A stretch of 64,000 nucleotides of DNA from Asterias rubens (taxonomy: Eukaryota). Position numbers and translations under genes: made by a program. The stretch is from contig NC_047072.1 in assembly GCF_902459465.1 (NCBI RefSeq), forward strand, positions 6,014,001 to 6,078,000, written 5' to 3'. A model generated the notes under the pieces. It worked only from the letters and a program-made list of their open reading frames with translations. It ran no database searches and was not told where the DNA came from. This document shows positions 10,891 to 21,100 of this stretch, piece after piece. The number at the start of each line of letters is the position of its first letter. Position 1 is the first letter of the stretch.

Positions 10891-12955
10891 ATGAAAATGG
10901 CATACCAGCCATCGCAAGTATTCGCCTCGTTCACTCCACAGACAGAAGAAACCAAACATTTGCCGAGTAACGTTCAGAAAGGAAACAAGCTTGTCCGGGA
11001 AGTGCAAGTTTCCTCGACGGGCGAGTCGTTTCTGGCCCCGGACAGGGCGACTGTTCAGGTGGTTGTCACGAGCAGTAAAGACTCGATTGGTGATGTCAAG
11101 TCCAGCACAACCAGACGACTGGATTACATCATACAAACACTGCACACACACAATGTTAAGGTAGTTGTCCACCTTTTGTATTTGTTGTATTTTATTTTCT
11201 GCCAAACTAAAATAAAGTCGACCCAGACCCAGTCGGACCCCCGCGGTACGAAAGCCTCACTATCATTTTTTACAGCAAAGACAAGGTCTAAAATGTTTGC
11301 CACACGACAGGACCCATTTTTTCGCAGACAAGTTTCTGTATCCTGCCAGTGCCACCACTTTATAATTCGTTATGAAATGAGATTCCTTTTTGTTTGTAAT
11401 TGAATGAAAAAGTGGTGGCAGGGTACTTTCTTTCTGTACTACAACTACAGAAAGAAGGTCTACCATCAAAATCAAATCAAGATCGTCAGACATTAAGCTG
11501 GGCGGAGTGAGGGTGTGCAAATTTCAATGGTAATGGTTGCTTTATCTATCCACTCCGTTGCAATGTGGCCGGCAAAAGTCGTCATGCACTGTACAACAAC
11601 AGCCTTTTTAAAATTAATTTGCAAGCCCCTATGACGTAATTTATCAAACTACACACATGTAATGTAATTCTCATATTGAGAAGCAGTCAATCATAATCTT
11701 GTTTACTCCAAGTTCATTTTCTGGTCCAAAATTACTAAACTTCATTTTAAAACATGTTTAAACCACAACGCAAATTACCACTTAGTGACGTCACTTTGAC
11801 AGCTCAGTTAAAAAAAAGTGGCTTAAAAATTTCCAATTACATCACCACTGTCATGAATGTAGCTCTCAATCAACTTGTTTCAATAATTTTCAGCATTTTT
11901 TGTGTGTTAATTTCCAGGAAGGTGATGTGACAATCAGTAAATTCATCCAGCGCGTCGACAGTCTGTACACTATGGAGGCAGAAGTTACCATTATCTTCGT
12001 TGACTTCACCAAGTGCCAGTCGGTTTGTAACTTCCTTGTGGAGAAACTTGATGAGACGGTCAAGCTGCATCCTCCTCACTTCTACCATTGCACAAAGAGT
12101 TTAGAAGGCCTAAGGTAAGTCCCTACCTCTACCCCCTCCCAACCCCACCCCCTCCCAACCCACCCCATCAGGCAATGAGCCATTTGCAGGTTGGATTTAA
12201 ATGATGTCTAGTATAATTTAGACTTGTTGACAAGTCGTGAGTGGTTTGTCACGGTGATAGTCGAGTCATGGTGGTGGCACAAAACATGTTTGAAACATCA
12301 GTGTTGGAAAAGAATGGCAACACAGTAGGAGGGTTAACAAGATACATTTTTTGACAATTTGGATAGCTAGCTACATGTTCACATGTTCAGTCAGCTCTCT
12401 TTATGACAAAGTCACTGGGACTGGCCAAATAACCTCTTTATAAAATAACAGATGAAAAATAAGAAATGTTTCATGCTCCTTCGCTTCGCTCATCCGCATG
12501 AAAAACAGTTTCATTCTAAGAACAGCCTCAATGATTACACTATACGACAAAATGATTCAATTTCTGAATTATTTTAATGACAACTTTGGATAAGGGCCAG
12601 GATTCAGATGCCGATTACCCTGGAGTAATTTATAACAATAATATTATTTCTTTAAAAACATTCGGATTAAATTATAAGCAAAATACTGTTTTGACAACTC
12701 ATTAAATATGAAACTAATAATCCATAATTTTTCATGATACATTTCAATTGAAAATCTATTTGAAAAGAAATTACATAATTCAATATCACCAATAATTCCA
12801 CCGAGGAATTTTAGCCCTTACGGCTCTTCGGATTATCTGTCCGGCCAAAAAACTCATTAATAACAAAGAATTCACCTCTCTCAAGTTCCAATCATGAAAC
12901 TTTGGCCCTTGAGGCTCTACTGAACTTTGTCCTCAGTCCATTTCTCTTCACCGAA

Positions 12956-12995
<40 letters not shown>

Positions 12996-15900
12996 ACCAA
13001 TCAATTCTAACTCCTTTACTTTTCGCACAGAGACCTCGATAAGGCCAAGCGAGTTTCTATATCCCGCTTAATGTACCTGTTTTTGGCTTGTTGGGTTTTC
13101 CACCTACCATGCTGCATGATTAACTCTTCCGATATACCCTTATTGGCCAAATGAGTAGCGCCTCCAGAACGCATGCTATGTAAACCAAAAGACTGCGGAC
13201 GCTCTATGCCAATTTGTTTCATTGCATCTAAAAAGATTTCCCTGCATCTGGTATAACTAAGAGGTTTGTGCTTTACCGGTTTGTAAGATTTTGTGCTCGA
13301 ATGAAATGATAAGGCTGTAAATACATACACATCTTCGCCACATTGTATATCACATTGATGCATATATCTACGTAACATTGTTACTGGACAGTAAGTATTC
13401 TGTGTGCACGACAAAAAAGTAGTGTTGCCATCTCTAAAAATGTCCGTTTTAGAACGGGGAATAAAAATTCTCAACCCGGCTTGATTTTCTAATTCAGTGA
13501 TGTGGCATGCTTTTAGTTGTGCCATCTCATCGTGTCTGAACAGAAGAGAAAACATTAACGTCACATAACAAGCCGTCCTTAATTGTATGAGACTACTTTC
13601 TTGATTAGCGAATTTATCAGCTATAGATCTCACATGATCAATTGTTAAAGGTTCCTTCTGCTCTGGGGGTTTATGCAGTGATTTTCTTTGGCTGATTACA
13701 ATCTGTTTCAGTAGTGGAGAGTCTACTGGGTTTGACTCGATATTCAGGAGAGAATGAAGCCATTTAATTGCAGCGGAAATCGTAATTATTGAACTTTCAG
13801 ATTGCGACAAATTACTCTTATCGATGATAAAAGCAGCAACAACAGTGTCTTGAACTGGGAATCGGAGAGGAATTTTATGAGCAACCAACCAAGCGAAAAA
13901 ATCTCTGCATTTATAAAGATAACTGTTTAGAGTACTCTCTGCTTTGGCTAACAAAATATCCTGAAAAATTTGTTCCTTGAATGCGTCTATACTGTTGGGA
14001 AAGCTTGACCAAAAATCTTGACTGCGAATGACCTATACAGCAATTAAGAGAAAATTAATTAAGAATAGATAATCAACTCATGTAACTTAATCAAATCTCA
14101 GTACAATCAATATATATGGCACATACTGGACTAGTAAACGTATCTGAGCCCAAATAAGAATTCTTGTTATTCCCCAACTCTAAGATGTCTGAACCTTCAA
14201 GAGTTATCATTCCCGTAATCCATGTTCTGTAACAAGACCATAACAAAGGCCAAAAGGGGGAGGAGGGCCACCAGGGGAAAACAAGGGCTCCTCTGCCTTT
14301 ACATAAGTACAAATGTCTTAGAACACTAGGGATCAAAAGTACAGGGGGCACTAACAAACAATTCTCTTTTGACCAATCCTGTGCTAAGGCATCTACGCCG
14401 GCTGTATTTGGATTCCAAAATCTGGAAAAGAAGCGGGACACTTTAGCATTATAATAACTTGCAAAACAGTCAACTGAGAAAGGACCCCATGTATCATTGA
14501 TTATGCTGAAGAATTTGTCTGAAATCATCCAATCATCTAAATCGATCAATCTACTGACAAAGTCTGCTTTGTCATTCATGGTTCTTGGTATCCATTCTAC
14601 TTCTAGACGCACATTGTTATTAATACAAATATTGAAAATATCAATTGCCAAACTATGTAAATCCACCTTCATGCTTCCTACTTCCACTATCTCGGGATCG
14701 GACTCGGTGTGACAGTGGGGGGCCTGTTGCGTAGGGACACTCCCGGGCCCAGTGGCCAGGCATTCTGCAGCTGAAACACACATCATTTGGCATGCCTAAA
14801 ATGTATAATGAGAAAAAATACAAACAGCGAGAAAAACTGGAACTTCATATAAGGAAAACACGAACAATATGGGTAACCGGCAGTGAACGACCTGAAAGAA
14901 CTCACTGGTCACTACCGTAGCTTTATATATCCGAATGCTTTAATGCTTCGGTGAGTTTACATCAATTCTAGGCGTGGCTCCCTTGAACCATAACCAACAC
15001 TTTGCATTGAACGGGGGGCACACTCCCATCATTGATGCTATCCCAACGAATGAAACTAAATTTTCATGCTCCTTCGCTTCGCTCATCCGCATGAAAAACA
15101 GTTTCATTCTAAGAACAGCCTCAATGATTACACTATACGACAAAATGATTCAATTTCTGAATTATTTTAATGACAACTTTGGATAAGGGCCAGGATTCAG
15201 ATGCCCTTTGAAACAACCAAAGACAAAAGGGGGAATTTAACGTTTTACCTCGAAAAAGACTACGGTCACCAAAATTCTTGAAAACCACCCCATCTTGCTG
15301 TCGTCTATCCGAAGTCTTTTGTTTCTTTCTTCCTTCCAATTCTTTGAGAGCAGCGTCCTCAGCTATCTGCACCTTCTTCTGATCTTCGGAAGACTGGTCT
15401 CTCTTGCCGCCCTTCTCTAACTGTTGAATGGTGATCCAACCTGCTCTACTGCTATCAGCGATCTTGATCTTTTGCTTTCTATCCGCTAAAAGGTCCTCAG
15501 CCTCGTGAATAGCTTCGACGACCTTGTCTGTATCACCCTTCTGCAAAAAGGCGACTTTTATTTTATCTAGAATAATCTCTAGCTGTCCACAAAACAGCAG
15601 TTGGGCAGAATTACCGGGCTTGGTCAACTCCTTCGCTTCCAATTTTATTTTGAGTTCCTTCACCGCTGTTTCATCTGTGATAGTGGAGTTAGCCAACTTG
15701 TCGAATTTCTTGTCGAAATAACTCTGAAACTTTTCAAACAAAAGCTCAGTGCTTAAAGCGGAACCGTGCTCCTCTGCATTAGCCATAACACTATCAGAAC
15801 TTCATATAAGGAAAACACGAACAATATGGGTAACCGGCAGTGAACGACCTGAAAGAACTCACTGGTCACTACCGTAGCTTTATATATCCGAATGCTTTAA

Positions 15901-16674
15901 TGCTTCGGTGAGTTTACATCAATTCTAGGCGTGGCTCCCTTGAACCATAACCAACACTTTGCATTGAACGGGGGGCACACTCCCATCATTGATGCTATCC
16001 CAACGAATGAAACTAAATTTGTTATGAGAGGACAGCAAAACAAAGAATGTACTCTTCAAAATGTACATGTACTCTTTATATTGGAAGCAGAAACTACAAA
16101 ACCAACAGTGCTGCATGCCCGGAATTACATGGAGGCCATCGCCTCAATTGCCCCCGTGCTGGTCTTGGTGCCCCTTCAGAACTTTCCCTCTACTCTAGAC
16201 TCTAATGGAAGTGTTAGTGCCCATTGCAAAATGAAGTTGACCTTGCCCTCTCAAAGATGAAATTCCAGACCTAATGCTGTTTTCATGGAGACTTGACTTG
16301 GTGTAGATATTTTGCAGGGTAACGACCTTCAACATTTTGTACAATGTAGCTGGTGAAAAAACTATTACTTTAAAAAAGGGATATATTTTGTATTTCTGTT
16401 CAGGAGGCTGGCATGTCTGAATGCAGTGCAAAATGCTCGACAGAAAGCCCTGGACGTCGCACGGTTGCTCCGTCAGGGGCTTGGGAGACCACTGGCCATA
16501 CGAGAGGAGGAGACCACAGAGATTGAGGGGTCACCGCGAGGTTCAGCCAACGGGAACGACGGACCGCTAACGTTCCAGCAACGCATCGCTAACGCCACGG
16601 TGACAGTGACCGTTAAGGTTTTTGCGCAGTTTGAACTTGTGTCCAGAGAGAAAGGCAGGCAGACAAAGACATGA
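10891..16674 (+). CDS. IRAK1BP1: IRAK1-binding protein 1 / SIMPL (~245 aa; exons 10891-11160, 11918-12114, 16404-16674; start may be 10897)
   Basis: Spliced protein has REVQVSSTG...PDRA...SSK...RRLDYIIQTL, AEVTIIFVDFTKCQSVCNFLVEKLD, RLACLNAVQNARQKA...LGRPLAIREEET and TFQQRIANAT, matching recalled IRAK1BP1/SIMPL-domain motifs. GT-AG introns with compatible phases 0 and 2. Confidence 0.9.
12469..12612 (-). repeat. Terminal repeat B2 of the YR retrotransposon
   Basis: Identical to 15062-15205. Confidence 0.95.
13016..14032 (-). CDS. Tyrosine recombinase (lambda-integrase family) ORF of the retrotransposon, 338 codons, no upstream ATG
   Basis: Catalytic set R (LLFRHDE), K (RSKTD), HxxR (HSMRSGGAT), H/W (HGRW), Y (RYI). 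The frame is open upstream of the track start up to an acceptor-like ttttctcttaattgctgtatag at 14033. Confidence 0.9.
   Translation of the reverse strand, partial: VIRSQDFWSSFPNSIDAFKEQIFQDILLAKAESTLNSYLYKCRDFFAWLVAHKIPLRFPVQDTVVAAFIIDKSNLSQSESSIITISAAIKWLHSLLNIESNPVDSPLLKQIVISQRKSLHKPPEQKEPLTIDHVRSIADKFANQESSLIQLRTACYVTLMFSLLFRHDEMAQLKACHITELENQAGLRIFIPRSKTDIFRDGNTTFLSCTQNTYCPVTMLRRYMHQCDIQCGEDVYVFTALSFHSSTKSYKPVKHKPLSYTRCREIFLDAMKQIGIERPQSFGLHSMRSGGATHLANKGISEELIMQHGRWKTQQAKNRYIKRDIETRLALSRSLCEK
14091..14690 (-). CDS. Remnant of pol: RNase H C-terminus plus DIRS-type DAM-methyltransferase-like domain (RT and RNase H N-terminus deleted)
   Basis: IVEVGSMK..LHSLAIDIF...EWIPRTMNDKADFVSR (RNase H end); WGPFSVDCFAS...AGVDALAQDW...LVPPV...PWWPSSPFWP (MT-like). 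No YxDD RT motif anywhere in the element. Confidence 0.8.
   Translation of the reverse strand: MVEVGSMKVDLHSLAIDIFNICINNNVRLEVEWIPRTMNDKADFVSRLIDLDDWMISDKFFSIINDTWGPFSVDCFASYYNAKVSRFFSRFWNPNTAGVDALAQDWSKENCLLVPPVLLIPSVLRHLYLCKGRGALVFPWWPSSPFWPLLWSCYRTWITGMITLEGSDILELGNNKNSYLGSDTFTSPVCAIYIDCTEI
14653..15786 (-). CDS. Spliced gag-like ORF with CCHC zinc knuckle (exons 15786-15249, 14795-14653; 453-nt intron)
   Basis: Donor CGAG|GTAAAA at 15248 and acceptor tgtattttttctcattatacattttag|GC at 14796 join in frame to give FRGMPNDVCFSCRMPGHWARECPY (Cx2Cx4Hx4C). Confidence 0.8.
14840..15205 (-). repeat. Internal B1-A2 junction (circle-junction-like copy of both termini)
   Basis: 14840-15063 equals 15797-16020, and 15062-15205 equals 12469-12612. 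Confidence 0.95.
15797..16020 (-). repeat. Terminal repeat A1, containing a putative TATA promoter
   Basis: Identical to A2. Minus-strand GGATATATAAAGC near 15878-15888 with an Inr-like CCAGT ~25 nt downstream; the gag ATG is at 15786. Confidence 0.85.
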
Positions 16675-18135
16675 CTGAACTGAGGATAATGTGGAAAGAT
16701 TTTAAATAGTTTACATGGGGTGTGCATTTCTATGGAGAGTTACATTGTACATGTACACGTACAGTGTCAAAAAAGGAGTATTTCATTTATGGACGTGTTT
16801 TGCTACAAGGAAGTTCATTTACTTACAATTATGTTAACAAGAATTTAGATTACTATTTTCAATCATTCCGCCTTATGATTTGTCAGGTCCACCCCCGCCA
16901 TTTTTTAGTTACCCAAACTTTAATACAGATGCAGGCCTTTAACTTCGCTCTTGAAGGGGCACAGCCAGTTTCCTCTGTTAAGGGCCACTTCTACGAGGAT
17001 AAGAGTGTAGATTTGTATTGGAACTTTGCAAAGGCCACCACAGAAAATGACAATTTCTGTTGGTGCCATGTGGATTTTTCGAAGCCTGAATATGTATCGA
17101 GTTATCCCTACTGTAAGAAGACTCTTTTCTTTGTTACAAACCCAGGCCTGTATGCCTCATTTTTGAAGGGGCAAGGGCACCAAGGCATTTTCTCCAAGGA
17201 ATTTGTGAATTTCTACTGGAGCATTTCAAGGGCACCAAGGCAATGGCAAGGGGCAATGGAGGCAATCGCCTCCGTTGCCTCCGTGAAGAATCAGGCCTGC
17301 AAACCTAAACCCGAGACGTTGCATAATGAACCTTTTTGTGTGAATTTTGAAACTTGTCTATATTGTCTCTGCCACAAGGGTTTGTTCTGTTTTCAAAGAC
17401 CAGCTCGACTGATCCAAGGCACTGTGTTCCTTTAATGACAGTAAATTTGATAATACTGCTACTACATTGTACAAAGAAATCCTGCTATTTGATGCACTGC
17501 GCTTCTTTCACATTTACTTTTTGTCAGATATTCTATGTGAACCTTGATCAATCAAAATATATATTGCTGGTGATGTACAAAGTCTGTAAACCTCCTGAAT
17601 TATATTATTTGAAAGGTTCTGGTTCCAGAATAATGGGGGACTTGGGCCAGCAAGCAAATTTTAGGAAGTTGTATATTAAGCAAATTTATTCCCTTGGATT
17701 TAAACAATAGAATGAATATCATGCCAGCAATCTAATACTTTCTCCCCCGACCCCTGACCCAAATTGTTTTTGTTTTGTACATTACATGTCTCAATAAATA
17801 ATGTCAAATAAACTGATTTTTTATAAAAAGAAATAAACACACAACTTGTATGCACTGATTGAGTTTATTGCACAAAATAGCCATGTCATGTTTCAACTTT
17901 ATTTAGTAGCCTTTTTGAGGTATGGTGGACGCTATAGGAGTGCAGTTTGGTTTGGGTGTCTACAGACAAATTAACCCAAACAAAATAGTCTAGTATTGTC
18001 CACCATACTTCAAAATGACTTGTTGCATTTATTGGGTTGAGACGAGAGGCCACTGCCAACTTTTTGCATTTATATCACAGGTCATTTTAAGTTTGTAAAG
18101 TATCTGCACTTGACCATTTATTTAACTCATTGAGT

Positions 18136-21100
18136 TTAGTCAAAGTAATCCTCAATATCGATTCCCGGATCTAGAAGATCTTCTCCATAAATGCTAAGAT
18201 CCATCGCGTTCAAAATAAGGTTCTCAAATGTTTCCTCCAAGTCCGTCTCTCCGATCAGCACAGCGCCTTGCATCCTCCCATCCTTCATCACCACCTTAAT
18301 GTACTCCTTCCCCTTCGTCATGCGCAACAGATACTCAAAGTTCGACCCCAAACCCTGAGCGTTGTACTTTCCCAGGAGCACCACTTTATACCCGAAGAAT
18401 TTTGTCACATGAGCGAACAACTCAAAGCAGAAATCCTGTGGGATCGTCTCACGAGTGGTATCGGCGACCATACACTTCCCGGCATAAGCTCCCATTTGTC
18501 GCGCCTGGGACCACAACCGCATCTGAATCCAATGGGGAGATGGTTCCCACGATGCACTGCACACGTCCCCCGCTGCATAAACATTGGGAATGTTAGTCCG
18601 CATGTGATTGTTAACTTTTAAACCGCCGTCTTTGGCGATCTCAAAATCGGCAGCGAAGAGAGGTATCTTGGTGTTTGGGATGACTCCGGTTGCGCTGATT
18701 ACAAAGTCACATCCATAGAGTTTGCCGTTTGTGAGAGCAACATACACAGGCCAGTTGGGGGAATCACCAGTACGTCCTGTATTTGTCGAGGGAAATACAT
18801 CTGGTGTTCGTCCAGATGAGGACATTTCCTCTGTTGTAAGGACGCATTCAACCTAATTATTAGAGAGAAAAAATTGCGAAATTCTAATTTAAAAACTGCA
18901 TAATGTATATGAATTCCCAACCACTACAAATGTGTTTTAAGGCTTTGATAACTTCTTGATGAAAAATTCGCTCTTTTGAATAGAGGGGCTTATTCCCTAA
19001 GATTTGAGCTACAATGTACACAAAGAGCTTGTTATGAAATGAACATGGTTAGACAGATGCTTTAAAAGTAGAATATGTGTCCCTTTTTAAGACTAAACAG
19101 ATCTCACAGTTTCTTCAGAATGGACTGAAAAACTTTTTTTCATTTTACCCACATCATTATTTCTACTGTCTGAACTTTGAGTCACTGGGCAAAGGTGCTT
19201 TAACAAGTATTCTACAGAAAAAGAAAAAAAATGAACGAACAGCTTCTTGATTATTTTGTTTTGCATTTTTTTAATAAAAAACAGACCTACTAATTTTTTA
19301 ACAGATGTCAATTTGCATCAGGGATAAAGTATATTCATTTTGGTGTTACACTTAGAAGTACACACCGATGTGTGTACTGTATACATTACTCAGTACTTTC
19401 CAGATTTCTGTTGAAAAACTCACAATTTAGGCATACTACTCAAGTTGGATTCGAACTCACAACCTTTGCAATTCTAGAGCAGCGTCATACCATCTAGACC
19501 ACCGAGATTGCCCGGTAGCGTTAGAGGCAGTTTTTGTAAACAGAGTATTGAAAGCATTTATTGGGACAATAATGAAGTTCATGAGTTTTCTTTAGTTCAA
19601 AATTTAACTTTAAATGTGGCCACTTGTCTGAAACACGTCAAACTGGGGAATCGGTGTTGTAGTTTTATTGACAACCAATTTGAGTCACTTTCTTAATCTT
19701 TATTCTTTTTGTGGAGTCTATTTACCTCGCAGGTGTACTCCACATGAACGTGATGTGAACCCTGTACCTTTCCCTCCATCCTCAGTCCAACGCTCCAATC
19801 AGGACCAAGAGCACCCCCTTGTGCCTTGGCGTCTCCCTTTACAGACTTGGTGACTGAAAGGAAAAGAAGCAGAAAGATTATCAATTTTATTATCGGTTTC
19901 AAATGACGCTATCAGTCGATGACCACAGTTTCTTTACTAAATGCAACAAATGTAAAGAGAGTGTCATGGCGTGCCATTGCCGAGGGGTCTACATGTATTA
20001 TCGGTTTCAAATGACGCTATCAGTCGATGACAACAGTTTCTTTACTAAATGCAACAAATGTAAAGAGAGTGTCATGGCGTGCCATTGCCAAGGGGTCTAC
20101 ATGTAGTTCACCAGACCCAAGCTCTGGGGTCGATTTCACAAAGAGTTAGGACTAGTCCTAACTTGGGACTAGTCCTAGGAGATACAAAAGACGTATGGCT
20201 AGTCCCAAGTTAGGTAGAGTAACTCGTCCTAACATGAGATAAGACTAGTCTTAACTCTTCGTGAAATCCACTACTGGCGTTGTTTAGCAGGAAAGTGTGG
20301 GTTCGATGACCGGCCATGACACTTGTGCCCTTGTGCAAGGCCCTTAATTCATAATTACTTCATAAAAAGTTGGGAAGGTAGTGCATTCTGCTCTACCAGC
20401 CAGTCTCATAGTGGCTGATGCCCATGCCTACATCCTTCCGACTGTGAAAGTGGGGAGGAGGGCGGAGTAGCCCTACTGCAGCCCAAGAAGTAGGTGGCAC
20501 TGAGCCCTGGTGGCAGTTGATTAGGGTTGATAGCCCAAATTGGTTAAGTGTAGCCCTCACCTTGAAGTGGCCATTCGGCCTTGTGATGTTAGCCAATCTC
20601 ATCAAAAATACTGTTTAACATGTTTAATTGCATGCTTCAAACTTCTCAACAGAAAACATATTTTGCTGCTCTTCTATTGGATTAACATGCAGCACCTGGC
20701 CAAGTAAAACTATGAGCTGTGCCCCGCATTGGCTACGGCTAGATCGCTGAAAAGCCTTGTTCTTCCCTGTTACTTTGCGGCCAATGGTGATAGCCACGAA
20801 CAAACTACAGTACATTGTAAATGCAAGAGCTGATATCAGTCGTTGCAACCCAAATTAAGGATAAGGTGTTCACGTGTGTGCTGGAAATTGTGCATTGTTT
20901 TTCAATTCTTTCTCTTGACTCACACAACAAACTTTAAAGAGCACTTTTCACTTTCAGAAGTTGATTACTTCATGGTTGGTAAAACATTAACACTGTCCGA
21001 GACTATTTTGTTGGCTGTCCAAACTCTGAATAATACTAGAAACAATTCTTTTTCTCCCTCAAGGAAATCACTAACATCCCTGTATGCTTCATTTTTGAAA

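Larger units (their letters stand above)
12469..16020 (-). mobile_element. Tyrosine-recombinase retrotransposon (DIRS order, split-direct-repeat PAT/Ngaro type), RT-deleted, in IRAK1BP1 intron 2
   Basis: In element orientation: A1 (16020-15797), gag, B1-A2 (15205-14840), gag zinc knuckle, RNase H C-terminus plus MT-like domain, YR, B2 (12612-12469). A copies (224 bp) and B copies (144 bp) are identical by eye. Termini share TTT and there is no TSD. Confidence 0.9.

Noticed and set aside
13016-13954. Phage or bacterial integrase, i.e. prophage, contamination or HGT
   Set aside because: It is embedded with gag, RNase H/MT and split direct repeats inside an intron of a eukaryotic gene, so it is the YR of a DIRS-order retrotransposon.
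14091-14786. Track ORF N-terminus MMCVSAAECL... as a real pol start
   Set aside because: The first ~30 codons are the gag zinc-knuckle exon in another frame, joined to RNase H by the internal deletion.
16722-17435. 237-aa ORF downstream of IRAK1BP1
   Set aside because: It overlaps interspersed repeats and probable 3'UTR, with no recognisable domain.
19903-20106. Cys-rich 67-aa ORF (CNKC...CHC twice)
   Set aside because: It results from a 108-bp intronic tandem duplication antisense to PYROXD1, with no splice or promoter support.
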